A stretch of 64,000 bases of DNA from Trypanosoma brucei (taxonomy: Eukaryota), in NCBI GenBank assembly GCA_000002445.1, contig CP000068.1, positions 64,001 to 128,000 of the forward strand, given 5' to 3'. Position 1 is the stretch's first letter. Each line of letters opens with the position of its first letter. This document shows, one piece after another, positions 46,903 to 59,582 of this stretch. The notes beneath the pieces are model-generated. The model saw only the letters and a list, made by a program, of their open reading frames with translations, was not told the DNA's origin and did not search any database. Position numbers and translations under genes: made by a program.

Positions 46903-48561
46903 CTATATTGACTGCTCCTTTTCATGCTTCACGGTGGGAGTAATGCGAGGCAACTCCACAAAGGCGTCAATGGCCGGCGTATCCTTAACCGCTCTTTCCT
47001 CGCTAAAAAGGCCGTCGTTGTGGATGTTGTGATACAACTGCATTTCTCTCCGCCCACGGATGACAAAGAAGAGAAACGACCCGAGCAGCAAGAGTAAGAT
47101 AATGAAACGCACTAATAATCGCGTGATTCTATGGTTGTCACGTTGATGGGCATCAAACACTTCATCACCTTTGTCGTATTTGCTGACTCTCGCGAGGCTC
47201 TGGTACACCTCCTTTTTCAAGTCTGCACACGATCGCAAGGTGTCCTCTGCCTCCCACTGTGCAATAATCGCCGCATCATCAGCCTTCATCATCTCTGTTT
47301 CGGCTCCTTCCAGTGCCTTCTTTGATATTTCTGCCTCTTTCTCGACTTCCCTCAACCTAGACTTTGCATCCTTCTCTGCCTGTATTTTTTTCCTGCTCTC
47401 CCCAGCCATCAGAAGGGCGGCCGCCTCAAGCTTCTCCTTGTTAGCCTTCGCCTCCTCCAGTGCCTTGCTCAATTCTTCGATTTTCGTCGTCACTTCCCGC
47501 AGTTTGCTCTCAGCTTCCCTCACGGCATCGGCATCCCGGCTCCTGGCTTCCGCATCCCTTTTAAGTAATAGCCACCTCTTTTCAACATCTTCGAAGACAT
47601 TTCTCGCCTCATTGACAACTCTACCGGCTGCCTGATGTTTCGACCTTTCCTCTACGGCACGTTCGTTTGCGGCCTTATCCTCCTCATGGACGCCCTCGGC
47701 CGACGTCCCTTCGCCCAGCGAGAGCATTTCTGCATATTTTCGGATTCTGACAGCAACGTGGGTTAAATCGTAGAGCCTCCTCATAGAATACCTTGATGCG
47801 TTGTAATCCTCTAGCCAAGATTCACGCAGCATGCATGGCACCAGCGTTTCAGTGGCTTCGTCCCTCCACTGACCGTTCCAACATTCAGATAGACGCGTTA
47901 GGTTGGGTTTGGGCTTCACAAAATTCCACTTGTCAAGTGCCCTCCCCATCGTTTCAAACGATGCAACAGTATCTCCGCTGCGGATAACCTTGTAGTCACA
48001 CAGAATACTGTTGTTCCTGCGATCATTCACGTGATAATAGTGGAACCGCTCCCTTGAAAACGCGTCAGGATCACAGTTAGCGCCAGTGCTATAATTATAA
48101 GGAGACCCTCTCATCTTTTCAACATCGATGCAGTGCCATTTAAGTATATCCGAAAGAAGTCTGCTAGCATCCAAAGCTGCCTCTTTAGTTCGCTTATAAG
48201 CCGCCTCGATGTGCTTTCTAACGGCCTCAACAAGCTCTCTGGTCATAAGTATCTCCTCCTGTTTTTTCTTCGTGAGAGATGTTCTTATGTTATCGCTAAT
48301 TGTTACATTCGAGAGTACGGTCTTCGCTTTACTCAGCTGCGACAACGCCTCACTCTCAAGGAAAAACGCCCTTTCGGAAACGAGGTCAACAATTGCTTTG
48401 ATAACACATATCGACCGTGCACCCTCACCATCAACTTTTTTTCCTCCGCTGGTGACATACGATTTCCACCATACTAGCTCCTCCGCCCAAGTCACATCGA
48501 GCGCACATATGCCGCAGAGGAGAAATACTGTTGCAGTAATGCGTAATGTAACAGGCATCAT
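46903..48561 (-). CDS. Divergent ISG75-like paralogue, copy D (552 aa). It shares the signal peptide and 5' flank with the array, but has a distinct ectodomain, a distinct coiled-coil, and a different cytoplasmic tail (RGRREMQLYHNIHNDGLFSEERAVKDTPAIDAFVELPRITPTVKHEKEQSI).
   Basis: The first ~30 codons and the upstream repeat are shared with copies A-C. The body is less than 40% similar to the other copies by eye, but the topology is the same. Confidence 0.7.
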   Translation of the reverse strand: MMPVTLRITATVFLLCGICALDVTWAEELVWWKSYVTSGGKKVDGEGARSICVIKAIVDLVSERAFFLESEALSQLSKAKTVLSNVTISDNIRTSLTKKKQEEILMTRELVEAVRKHIEAAYKRTKEAALDASRLLSDILKWHCIDVEKMRGSPYNYSTGANCDPDAFSRERFHYYHVNDRRNNSILCDYKVIRSGDTVASFETMGRALDKWNFVKPKPNLTRLSECWNGQWRDEATETLVPCMLRESWLEDYNASRYSMRRLYDLTHVAVRIRKYAEMLSLGEGTSAEGVHEEDKAANERAVEERSKHQAAGRVVNEARNVFEDVEKRWLLLKRDAEARSRDADAVREAESKLREVTTKIEELSKALEEAKANKEKLEAAALLMAGESRKKIQAEKDAKSRLREVEKEAEISKKALEGAETEMMKADDAAIIAQWEAEDTLRSCADLKKEVYQSLARVSKYDKGDEVFDAHQRDNHRITRLLVRFIILLLLLGSFLFFVIRGRREMQLYHNIHNDGLFSEERAVKDTPAIDAFVELPRITPTVKHEKEQSI

Positions 48562-49215
48562 TGGAAACCATCAAAACTTATCTGTCACCCTCCTCTGATC
48601 ACCACTTCCTCAGCTTGTCAGTCTCAACCCCACGTTACCTTGGCCGTAGAAATATGCAATCAACTACAGTCAAATATCCAAGAGAAAATAAGAAAGGGAA
48701 GGGAATCGATAGAAACGACCAAAGAGTAAAAATATGCGCGATTGAGCAAAGGAAATAATATGCGTATCCAATAGCGGATTTGTTGCAGTTCACCCGAACA
48801 TGGACAACCTCCACGGCAGTCTTTCATTACACCCCTCGTAGTAGCTGCAAACCTCGGCATGCTATGAGCCATCCGGCCACCGCAGCTCCCCTTGGTGATG
48901 GTGTTGAGTGCGTTGAGCTAAAGTGCCTTTACAAATAAAGGCCAAAGTGACCATTTCAGAAGATAGCACAAGGCCTGTCAAATCATAAAAAAGAGCAGGA
49001 GCACGGGAAATGGCTGCTGAGAAAAAAGACAAAGAGGTGTATAGATAAAAGGGGGAAGCAGCTAGATGGTGGAACGCTTTACGACTGTGGCAGCCGCAAG
49101 GGTGCAGCAAAGTCTATGATGTTTGAAAAACGGTTGCGGCACATACCACGAAGCATCAACAACAGTGCTGGGTGGCGAAACACAAAGTGACAGAGTCGCT
49201 CGCGGTTTACTGTAT

Positions 49216-49238
49216 CACACACACACACACACACACAC
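49216..49238. repeat. (CA)n microsatellite
   Basis: Read directly from the sequence. Confidence 0.95.
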
Positions 49239-52200
49239 TGACAATGCGCGGTAGGCACGGAAGTACGTGAGTCTTGTACAACCGGTCACTCGGCCAAAAA
49301 TGCTTCCACCTCAGTGAGACACTTTGCTGTTTCCGTGTACCGATCACGGAAACGAGTTTTGCCTAGCGGACGGGGCCGCGGCAATTTTACGTTACCCACC
49401 TCTGTGACCTAACTAGTTTTGCATAACCACCACACTGAGCGGTTGAATTTTTTTTCGAAAAGGTTTCTTGATTTCTCAGTACAGCTTGCTATGGCATACC
49501 CTCCCCACAAGATAATTTTTTTTCTTCGAATTATATTCTCTGAAAATTATGGCAAACGTCGTGCTACGAAAACATACGTGCATATATGGCAAAATAAGGA
49601 TGAAAGCGAATCAATGGTAATCGACGTGGTCGCCATTTACGCACCTAAACGAAAAACAGTAGGAATATCTTTGCGCAACCTTTTTTAGAAGGTAAATAAT
49701 GGGAAACAAAAACAAAACAGCGGTGACTCAACGCCACAATCATAAAAGCTAATGATAATAATATATCGGGGTCAACAGCCCGAAGCTGCAGGCCGCAGTG
49801 AATCCCCCAATGCGGAAGGCATCCAAACATAAGCAGTAAAGTGTTGTTTACCTCCCAGTAATTTTAATCAAACCGAGCCGTCGACTAAGTATCTTACCAC
49901 GCCAAAGGCAAGACGTTTGCTGTACGGAATTCAACGAAAATAATGGGCTCCTTCACTGCTGTCTCACAACCTCCCGTATACCTCAACTTCAGGAACGTTG
50001 AAGTGCAAAACGAATGTTTAGCAAATAACCGAGGAACTAGTAAGTATCGCGTCTCTGTTTGAATCAGCTAAAAGTTTTTTTATGTGCTGCTGACGGGGAA
50101 AAAGGGAAGGAAATCAAAATCGATCCATTGCTTCATGCGCACTTGAATGTGTATAAAGATTCAGACAGGTTTACAACAATGTGTCAACGATATGCTGAAC
50201 AAGCTATTCCCTTTTTACTAACGTATATTGCTGCTGGGGGATGTTCGCTATCCAACAAGGAAGCATCCAAATTCACCGCCAGAAAGTAGTGTCTATGCTT
50301 TTGAGCGAGCAAAAACATTCAACAGTAGTGAACAAATACATGCGACCCTGCGGAACACATCACATGTCCCGCCTCCCGACGCACGAAACTAAAGGCAAAA
50401 CCATCACATGATGGTTCTTATGACCGTCTGCTACGCAACCACTCTGTATAGCAAAAGCCATGTGGGAGAAACAACCGCACATCACCGAACGTCATCGCCG
50501 AAACCGCACCCCATGCCCACGTGTCGATACATGAATTTGTGTTCTCTTCGTTAGTTTGTGGTAAGAAATCAAATGGTAATTTTTTTTCCTCCAACAAGTA
50601 GAAATTTATGGGACCTGCATAGGATTCGCAGCGCACGCTTCCTTAGCATTGTGTCTTCCCTTCCTCCTATAAGCGCTTAGAGACCCGCTAAACCAACTCG
50701 CTGAGCGACATATACAAATGCTTTGATGTGTATAGTCCAGACTAGGAAGATACGGGCCTTATGCAAACCTGCTACGGGTCAAGAAATACCGAGCAGTCAA
50801 GACGATTATGCCCCCTGGTGATGAAAGGCGGCTAGCACTAACATGTGGATCGACAGCCCAGGAGGGGGAAAGGTGTTTAACATACAGAACTCACCCCCTT
50901 TTAGGTCAGAAACGCAAAGGTCAATTGATTCAATTAGTTCCTTCCCGTAGGAAGAAACTATGTAAAGTCATTGTAATGCTGTGACGGTCCAGGGGAAAAA
51001 ATAATCTTACGAGAAAGGAGGAGGATCTACTCCTTCCGCAGTGCCTTGTGTACGTTACTTTATTGTTTCCTTTACTTCATATTAGCTTCTCTAGTGAATA
51101 CGTTGCGGTGACCATGCCAAATAAATAGTCACGCAGCTGTAAACCCACTACCTCAATCAAAAATTGGGCAAGTTAAAACGGAAACAGAAGGAAAGCAAAT
51201 AAAGCAGAGAGTAATGCAAAATTCACGACTACCCACCTTTAAAATGTTAGCAACCTAATCTGGGCTTCATCACAGCACCAACCAGCGCCGGACACAGCCT
51301 CGTTGCCATTTTGCATAAACCTCTGCAGCCAAAAAAAAAAAATCTACCGCAAATAAAACATGGAGCAGGCAACAGTGCACGACCAATGCAGCCGCACAGA
51401 AGGTCAATCTCTCTCGAAAGATAATTAGTAAAAATACTTTTTCCCACAACAATTTCACGTAGCACAAACACACGTGCGTGCGTGCGTCCAAAGAGCAAAG
51501 GAGAAATAGAAACGAACAGGTATACTTGCCGGAATCCCAAAGTAACATGGGTCCATCAATCACCCTGACGGTGCGACCGCGGCCAGACCGTTCAACGTAC
51601 CAATAGAAAGCTCCATCCAGCTTTAGGGTAACGTACAAGTTCCACTCACACTAACAAAAGGATTGCCAACCACAACAATCGCACGGTACCATAAACTCTC
51701 CCACTATTATTGTTTGTTTTTGGCTTCTTTTTTTTTTTTTACGAAGCTCACAGAGCTCACCGTGCCGACAGGAGAACAAGAGGGAACGTCTGCCTCCCAT
51801 TCCGTGCACACAACAGATAGACACGTCCCTGTTAAGGTTACCACCAGAGCTAATCCTTCACATACGTAAACCCTCCACGCCACGAAGTTAGAGTCTGCCG
51901 TATGCTCTGAGTGAGATCCCCGGATGAGTTAACCTCCATGGTAAATGGTCCCTCCCCAAGTCCCTCGAGAGACCTCACCGCGGTGTCGAGAGCCAGTATC
52001 TCTGGGAAAAGGAAGAAAATACCTACCACTCGTGCCGAATGGTTAGATGCAAACTCCTTTGGACGGGGGGGAAGAAAGAAAAAACTTACCGGCGGTCATC
52101 AACGAAAGTTTTAAAAAAAAAAAATGAAATCGTGTCCCAAGCAACGGCCATCGTCGCGGCTTCCTTAGGCGGCAGAAGCTCAGAGATTTGGAGGGAACCC

Positions 52201-52391
52201 CGTCGTCCCCACCGCCCTTCACGCACGATAAGCAATGTTACGTCCCGCACCATCCTGTAAGAAAATTACGGAAGAAGAATCCAACTCCCTTTTAAGGCGT
52301 AGAACTCCGAAACGATCAGCCTTCAATGAGAGTAGAAGCCTCCACCACGCACGCCTGCACTGAAGTCGACATCTCGGCAGCGAAGAGCCGC

Positions 52392-52447
<56 letters not shown>
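52392..52447. repeat. Compound (CA)14(TA)14 microsatellite
   Basis: Read directly from the sequence. Confidence 0.95.
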
Positions 52448-55400
52448 CTACTTATTCATACCGCTGCCCCCCCTGTAGTCAGGCAGGCCACGCAGTGAAT
52501 CCCGCCGCGTGATAATAAATTTTTAAGAAGTGGAAACGGGAATGTGCCAGCACCGCCTTTTTAAGGGCCACATGGTCGGGGCCGCGACTCTGTTAGCTCA
52601 TACGCTCCGACAAGCGGATTTACGCCGTCGTGCTAATACCGTTCCGGGAAGGATTGCAGTGTGACTGCGGGCTGGGGGAGGTCATGCTGGGTTGAGCGGT
52701 GGGCTACGTGTCTAGACTGTCCGTTAAAGCTGAGGAAGCTGGGGGTCGTTTGCTTCCTACCGATAAGAATGTACTGTGGCGGAACGGAGTGGCTTGGGGG
52801 AAAGTGAGGGAAGGGGGAGGTTGCCCTTTTTTTTTTTTCTTGATTTGTCAGTACGCCAGGGGGGAGGGGTGATAAAACTCTACCGGCTTCGGTTGAACTC
52901 TACAGGAGAGGGAAGTCTGAAACAAATTCTGCCCCAAGGAGCCCGCGGCACCGACGCGCACGCGCTTGTTAATTTGTAAAAAGCCAAAAGAAGAATGAAG
53001 CCACGGGGGGGGAGGGACGCCGGTGACGCAGGTAGCGACATGCGCACCTCTATGAGTAGGTGTGCAAATGCGCGAATGCGTTACCTATCTGCTCCTCTCA
53101 TCGAAACACTTGTGTCATGACTCGGGCATTTGCTTACCTTGGGGTCTTTTTGGAAGTGTTTGAAAGTACACCTTTTCTCCGCTCCTAAGTTAAGCCCCTT
53201 CCCTCCTTCAACGGGATCCACTCCAAGTTTCAACGACGGCCCGGCATGCAGGTCTGCAGGTGATAGACAGGTAAGGGGAATTAGCCCTCACAACTGTGGC
53301 AATCTGGGCGGGGTTTAACGTCCACGAAGAGAGCTGAACTAATACATCTGCGGATATATGTATCAGGGGGCGCTTTCTCCTCCTTTACTGGTGCCACGAC
53401 TCCTCTAACCATGAAAAAAAAAGGAGAAAGGATGCCAGATTTCTGCCTTGCTTGTTGAACTAGTTGACCCTCCATTTGGCTGGATTCGGGAACTGGTGGT
53501 TGAAAATATATGCGTATCTGGATATCGAAAGAGCACAGTGGAGGATGAAAAGGGGGGCTTACCCAATGTTATTTTTTTAAACTTTAACACTATTCGGATC
53601 GAAAGGCCCTTGGGGGGAGAGGGGAAATGAAATGTAGGGGAACATGGAGGGAAAGTACATGCCTGTGGGAGTTGTTTCCCCTCTGCCTGATTCTTCTCGT
53701 TGAGTGAAAAAAGATGTAGTGGTGGTCGCTCCCACTAACAGCGGGAGAGCAGCGAAGAAAAAACTTATTTTGCTCCATTTCAATACTGCGGATTAGTTGT
53801 GAGAAATATATATATTTATATATGCATTACCTATTGACAGTGCGCTGGTGAGGTGCAGGGGTGACGACATGCTCGCTGAGAGTTGAAAGTAGCGCTCCTA
53901 CAGAGAACTTCTTTCCGTAAAAGTTAAAGTGTGGGGTGGGAAAAGGGACACAAGGAAATCAGCAGCAGTACTGGGGATAAACTTGCGGGTTTAAACCTTG
54001 GCGCTGTTTCAAGCGTCTAGAGACGCTGAACGATTTGCTCGTAGTTATGCGTATTATTTTTCTCTCATATGTGAAGGGTGTATGTTGTATGCAGTTCATT
54101 CCTCAGCTACACATGATGTTGGTTTGTGGCCGCGCCTGGACACCCCCACGCTCGTATACAAGGAAAGGGAAAGGAACCAATATGCCAGCACTTAGTTTGC
54201 TGCCAATATGTTTGAGTATTTCTGCCTCTGTATCGACACGAATAAAGGGCAGTGAAATGAACGCCATACACCACTTTCAGTAACGAAATTCCTCTAAATA
54301 GGGGGAAATACGTTGGGAGAGGTAGTTGTGAGGCTATAAATTAAATATTTCTGTGTCCTCTAGTTTTTATGCATCCCTCATATACAAAGCTACGTATTGT
54401 CACCAGCCTCCATGTAGCCCATGGTATTTGCCCCCGTTTCACGTTTTTTAAAGCGTTTCTCAATGCTTCTTCTAATTTTACAAATGTGTGTCTTTGCGTG
54501 TGAGCTGTTTCGGTGAGTGGTGCATACATGGGAAGGAAAATATATTAACGTCGGGGAAATGCAATGGGTTTTTTTTTTCTTGCTATACTGTTTGCTCATT
54601 TCTCCCTCCACATAATTTGTAAATGGGCACAGTCAGCTGGAAGCTGACTCTGACTTTTTTTTGCCATTGATTCCTCGAATTACGTATGGAGGTGACACCC
54701 CATTTTGTCAAAGTATTGTACCCAGAGGCTTTTTTTGTAAACATGCACATTGCCGTGAGCCTCATATCCCGCATCACAAAGGAACAAGGGGTGGACTGTT
54801 CACTTTGCCCTCACCGTGTTCTGTGTAGTTGAACGGACACACGATACTGAAACATTGGGGATAATTATAATGATAGTGATAATAACAACGAAACGTGCTC
54901 AGAAGCCTTTTTGTATGGGAGGGCTTCTGGAATTCTGTCAAGCGCATTGACTCATATCCTCTTGGTTGGATTGCTGCCTATTCTTGTACGTTAATTTCGT
55001 GTAATGCTAACCATTCTACTGGCTGCTGTCTTGATGTTGTTGGAGCTCCAAACCTCTGCAACATCATGACCTCCTCACGTCACCTGTCTGGATCGTGGGG
55101 CAGGCTGTTACTTGCAAAAAGAATATCAACAATTCGTCACGCAACTAACGGCTGGACAAAATAAGCCAAGAAAAAACGGTAAGGGAAGGTGCGAGTTCGG
55201 GAGTGACGTATGCTGATTGTCGTGAGACAATAACGTTTCTCAGCAATTCCGGAAAGTATGAATGTTGAGGGAATTCCTTAACACACAGATGGGGATGGAA
55301 GTTGGTTTTTATTATTATTATTATCATTACTATTTTGAAGGGGGAGAAAGACGTCCACAGTGATTTTGAATACAGTGGGATACATCTCCCATGCCTACTA

Positions 55401-57257
55401 AGTTGCAGTGGGGATGGGGAAATTGAGAGAGAGTACAGAAGACGCTGACGCTGGCGATGTTAAGTGTGGTGTCACCAACTGGAAAAGATTGGGGGGTTAG
55501 AAAAACTTTCAAAATGAAACGCAGTTACACAACCGAAAAGGGTGGGAGTGAGATGAAGAGGACGTGTGGAGGCGTGCCTTTAGTTGTCGCGGATGTAGGA
55601 GCCACCGTGACTCGTAAAAAGAGATGGTACAGTTACCTGTTCACGGCATTCTTACACTTGTAAGCAGTGGTGGAGGACGCAATAGAAGTGAGGATGAATA
55701 CGCCTCAAACTGCGTTAGTTAGCTCGTACAGATCATGTATTACGGGCATATCTGACTCCCAACCCCAGCATACAAGAGAGTTTTTCTTTTTGCTGACTTC
55801 ACATATCTGTTACTGTCTGAAGTTCCAAACTGTGTTTAATAACAGATAATCTGTTGTATTGACGCTAATATTGTTGCGCTAATTTTTTTTTTTTAAATCA
55901 TGTATCCGCGAGGGAATTTGACGTGGTTTTTTTGGTGTGAAGTGAAAAGAGCACCCGCAAAGCAGGTATCGTGCACATATCATTTATCTACCTTTTGTCT
56001 TTTCAACAAAAAATTACAGGGGTCGTCTTCGTCATGATGGGCTCCCTCATCCACGCCACGTGCCCATATGGAGTTTTATTGGCTGGTTGCGCCACGTTTC
56101 ACCCAGACGAATTCGCAAAACTAAAGGCACATGGTCAGAATTTAAAAAAAAAAAGGAAGCCGTATAAAGCAACGAAAAGGGGGAAAATGTGACAGACATC
56201 GCGCATTTGTCCACTGGAATCGAGGTAAATACATATAAAGGCAGGTAACCTTCTCACGCGTCTGTTTCCCTGCACACAAGTATTTGATGTATTGGTTGGC
56301 GTTACAGTTGCTTTCGCTGCTCGCTATCTCAACCTGAGGAGTTCTTAGAAGTATATAAAGTGAGGAATATAGGGCAGGTGCGGGCTAGATGTTCTTTCCG
56401 TGCGTTCAGCCAATAATGCAGTTGTGATTATTCGTCACGCATGTTCTTTTTTATATTTTACCCTCCCCACTGCTGAGATCAGTCCCCTTCTCGTGGGCTA
56501 CCGACTTATATTCTCCTGCTGCGTATCTGTGGTCGTGCAATTCGTTGTGGCAGTGACTGTTGCGATGTCAAAGGAACGATTTCATAACCGACGCGTGAGC
56601 ACAAATCGCTTGATCTCTAATAGCTCGTGGTCTACTAGCGCAAAAAATCAAGGTATTTCGTCTCCTAAACGCGAAACTGATTTTTTTTTTCAGTGATTTG
56701 CCTGTTGTCATGAGGAACTGCGCAGCCATCTGCCCACGATGGTGGCTCCAACAGCGGGGCTCCACCAGTAAGTGATGTAGCAACCAAAGCGCCAACAGTA
56801 CGCACCGTTATCGTCCACAGGCCACTGAACGCAAGCACCACCAACAATCCATAAGAGCATCGCCCTGACGGTCGCACACCGCGCGGTAATCCTGCACTAA
56901 CAAACAATAAGGACTCCATGAAACATTTACCGGAAACAACCATTGTGACCAGAAATTACAACTGCGGATATACAACAAGAAGTTAGTGTGAAGCATATGC
57001 ACTTCTACCTCAGTCATCTCAACTTCAAAATAACCAACATATATCCGTAACTAAACAACGTATGTCTTGACACACCCAAATTTTTTTTTTTTACTATCAC
57101 CCACACGATAAATATTTCCTCGACAAACCAAGGGTTACCTTTCTTACCTTGCGCAAAATAACACTGTTACTCGGAAATTTCACATCGTCAGTCCAACCCA
57201 CCTTTTGTATTATTACAAAACATTTACAAATACTATTTCCTTTGCTCAATTGCGCAT

Positions 57258-57330
57258 ATTTTTACTCTTTGGTCGTTTCTATCGATTCCCTTCCCTTTCT
57301 TATTTTCTCTTGGATATTTGACTGTAGTTG
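57258..57330 (+). promoter_or_regulatory. Polypyrimidine tract (cgattcccttccctttcttattttctctt) plus downstream AGs: a putative SL trans-splice acceptor for ISG75 copy E. The same element is present in every flank repeat.
   Basis: The pyrimidine run is followed by AG dinucleotides 95-100 bp upstream of the ATG. Such tracts direct SL trans-splicing in trypanosomes. Confidence 0.5.
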
Positions 57331-57423
57331 ATTGCATATTTCTACGGCCAAGGTAACGTGGGGTTGAGACTGACAAGCTGAGGAAGTGGTGATCAGAGGA
57401 GGGTGACAGATAAGTTTTAACGG

Positions 57424-58992
57424 ATGTCAACGATGCCTGTTACATTACGCACTACTGCAACAGTATTTCTCCTCTGCGGCATATGTGCGCTCGATGTGAC
57501 TCTGGCCGCAGACCTTCCACTTACAAGTAGGCAGTTCGTAACAAACGGACGTATGCTTGACGGGCGGGGTGCTTTGACACTGTGCGAAATGAAGAAGACG
57601 CTTGACGGTGTGAACTCCAGGGTTGACACATTTGAACAACAAATCCTTACGTTCGTCAACAATGCGAATGCGAATTTTCGTAAAATATCGGATGACAAGG
57701 TAATGGCAGCATCGCTCTCCGCGAGCAGGCTACAGGAAATGCAGTACATGAAATCGCTGGGCAATAGCATAATCAAGTACATGGGGGGCACAGGAGAGCG
57801 GGCTAAGGCAGCGGCGGCAAATGCAAGCGCAGCTCTCGACCAAGTGCTGACGTGGCATTGTGTTGACAGGACGGCGAGTCACGAGTCCTCATACAGTTCT
57901 ACTCCAAATGCAAATTGTGAACCTAACGCGTATAAGCGAGACTACTACTATGAACATTCGAGGCTTGATCCCCATAAATACAGCATTTTATGCAACTACA
58001 AAGTGGTCAGTAGTACCACTACTCAAACGACGTTCTCCAACATGGAGAGGGCACTCGAAATATGGAACCAGGTAAAACCCAAACCGTACTCCGCTCGTGT
58101 TATGATATGTGGAGCAGGCGCACCCGCTCACCAAGCAGCTCCCGCTGGACGACCATGCACAGTGCTGGAGAACTGGGTGCGAGACTACAGAGTAACGGCA
58201 CATTTGATAGCAAAGCTCGAGAAGGATGCGACCCTAGCTCTAAGGGTTATGCGCTACTCTGAGAAAGTGCTAGAGGGTGACAAAGAGTCTCTTGCACAGC
58301 ATGAGGAGAGAAGGAAAGCAGCAGAGGCGCGGGCGGCGGAGGAGGAGGCGAAACGCCAGGCTGCTGAGAAGGCTGCTGAGGAAGCGAGAAAGGCTTTGGA
58401 GGAGGCTGAGGCGAGACGAGTGGCCGCTGAGGAACAGGCGGAGGCCAGGCGCTTGGAAGCTGAGAAGGCTGAGAAGGCAAAGGAGGCGGGTCAGCCGGTG
58501 AGTGAAGAAAAGAAAAAGATGTTGCTGGAGGCTGTTGAGGAAGCTGAGGCAACTGAAAAGGCTGCAGAAAAGCAGGCAAAAGATTCGAGAAAGGCATTTG
58601 AGGAAGCGGAGGAGGAGCGCGTCAAAGCCACCGAAGATGCAGAGGCTGCAAAAGAGGAAAAGGAGGACGCCGGACGGTCCGAAGAGGAACTGAAGAAGAG
58701 TCTCGAAAAATTGGCGGAGGAATTGAAAGAGGAGTCGAAAGAAAGTGGTGAAGAGGACGACGTAAATGCTGACCATGATGATGAGGGCAGCGAGGCCAAA
58801 AGTGGCTGGATTGGGACAACGAAAGTGTTAATATTTTTAATTCCTTTGCTTTTGCTGTTGCTTGGGTTGCTTGTGTTCTTTGTTATTAGGGGCCGTAGGA
58901 AGGCTGAGGTGAAGGATGATATAAACATAGAGGAAGGCGGTGCTAAAAGCAAAAATACGAAGACAGCAGCAGGTCTTGACAGTGATATTTAA
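57424..58992 (+). CDS. ISG75: ISG75-type, copy E (522 aa). Its N-terminal domain is chimeric, with patches matching copies C and B.
   Basis: As for copy A. Confidence 0.8.
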   Translation: MSTMPVTLRTTATVFLLCGICALDVTLAADLPLTSRQFVTNGRMLDGRGALTLCEMKKTLDGVNSRVDTFEQQILTFVNNANANFRKISDDKVMAASLSASRLQEMQYMKSLGNSIIKYMGGTGERAKAAAANASAALDQVLTWHCVDRTASHESSYSSTPNANCEPNAYKRDYYYEHSRLDPHKYSILCNYKVVSSTTTQTTFSNMERALEIWNQVKPKPYSARVMICGAGAPAHQAAPAGRPCTVLENWVRDYRVTAHLIAKLEKDATLALRVMRYSEKVLEGDKESLAQHEERRKAAEARAAEEEAKRQAAEKAAEEARKALEEAEARRVAAEEQAEARRLEAEKAEKAKEAGQPVSEEKKKMLLEAVEEAEATEKAAEKQAKDSRKAFEEAEEERVKATEDAEAAKEEKEDAGRSEEELKKSLEKLAEELKEESKESGEEDDVNADHDDEGSEAKSGWIGTTKVLIFLIPLLLLLLGLLVFFVIRGRRKAEVKDDINIEEGGAKSKNTKTAAGLDSDI

Positions 58993-59582
58993 CCACCTTC
59001 TCTTGTGCCCGAACACGAAGGTACAGATATAGGCATTTGTGTGTATGATTTTGGAATTGAAATCGGTTGCTATAAGTGATATAAGGGTGCTTTTTATATG
59101 TTTTCGTTTCTTGCTTTTTATACCGTTGCTTGTAATGTTTCGGTCTGACCAGTTCCTTGCAGCTCATCTCAAGGTTATTACCCTTTTCCCACATACTACC
59201 GGTTTGAGGTAGGGCCGCATTGGTAGCTGCGGATACCAGTGCTGATGCCTTTTTTCATACGTATTGCTTATTTCATGTGTTAAGGGTATTCATACATTCC
59301 TTGCGCTACTATGAAGGGTGTAATGAAAGACTGCCGTGGAGGTTGTCCATGTTCGGGTGAACTGCAACAAATCCGCTATTGGATACGCATATTATTTCCT
59401 TTGCTCAATCGCGCATATTTTTACTCTTTGGTCGTTTCTATCGATTCCCTTCCCTTTCTTATTTTCTCTTGGATATTTGACTGTAGTTGATTGCATATTT
59501 CTACGGCCAAGGTAACGTGAGGTTGAGACTGACAAGCTGAGGAAGTGGTGATCAGAGGAGGGTGACAGATAAGTTTTAACGG

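Larger units (their letters stand above)
48851..57148. promoter_or_regulatory. Putative divergent strand-switch region between the minus-strand ISG75 arm and the plus-strand arm, which I treat as a candidate RNA Pol II transcription start region. It contains (CA)n/(TA)n microsatellites and G-tracts on the plus strand in its right half.
   Basis: Gene orientation flips across this span, and there is no convincing ORF (max 122 aa). G-runs occur at 52780-52870 and 53005-53017, and a CA/TA microsatellite at 52392-52447. In trypanosomes polycistrons initiate at such regions. Confidence 0.4.

Noticed and set aside
42037-48850. Regularly spaced ~600-bp repeats separated by ~1.6 kb 'spacers', considered as a CRISPR-like array.
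   Set aside because: The repeat units are about 600 bp, not 25-40 bp, and the 'spacers' are ISG75 coding sequences. This is a eukaryotic tandem gene array, not CRISPR.
57233-57430. A conserved 65-aa ORF (MTSVKTYLSPSSDHHFLSLSVSTSRYLGRRN...) present in every ISG75 flank repeat.
   Set aside because: It lies in the 5'UTR/intergenic repeat antisense to the gene direction. Its conservation is explained by repeat homogenisation, not by coding constraint.
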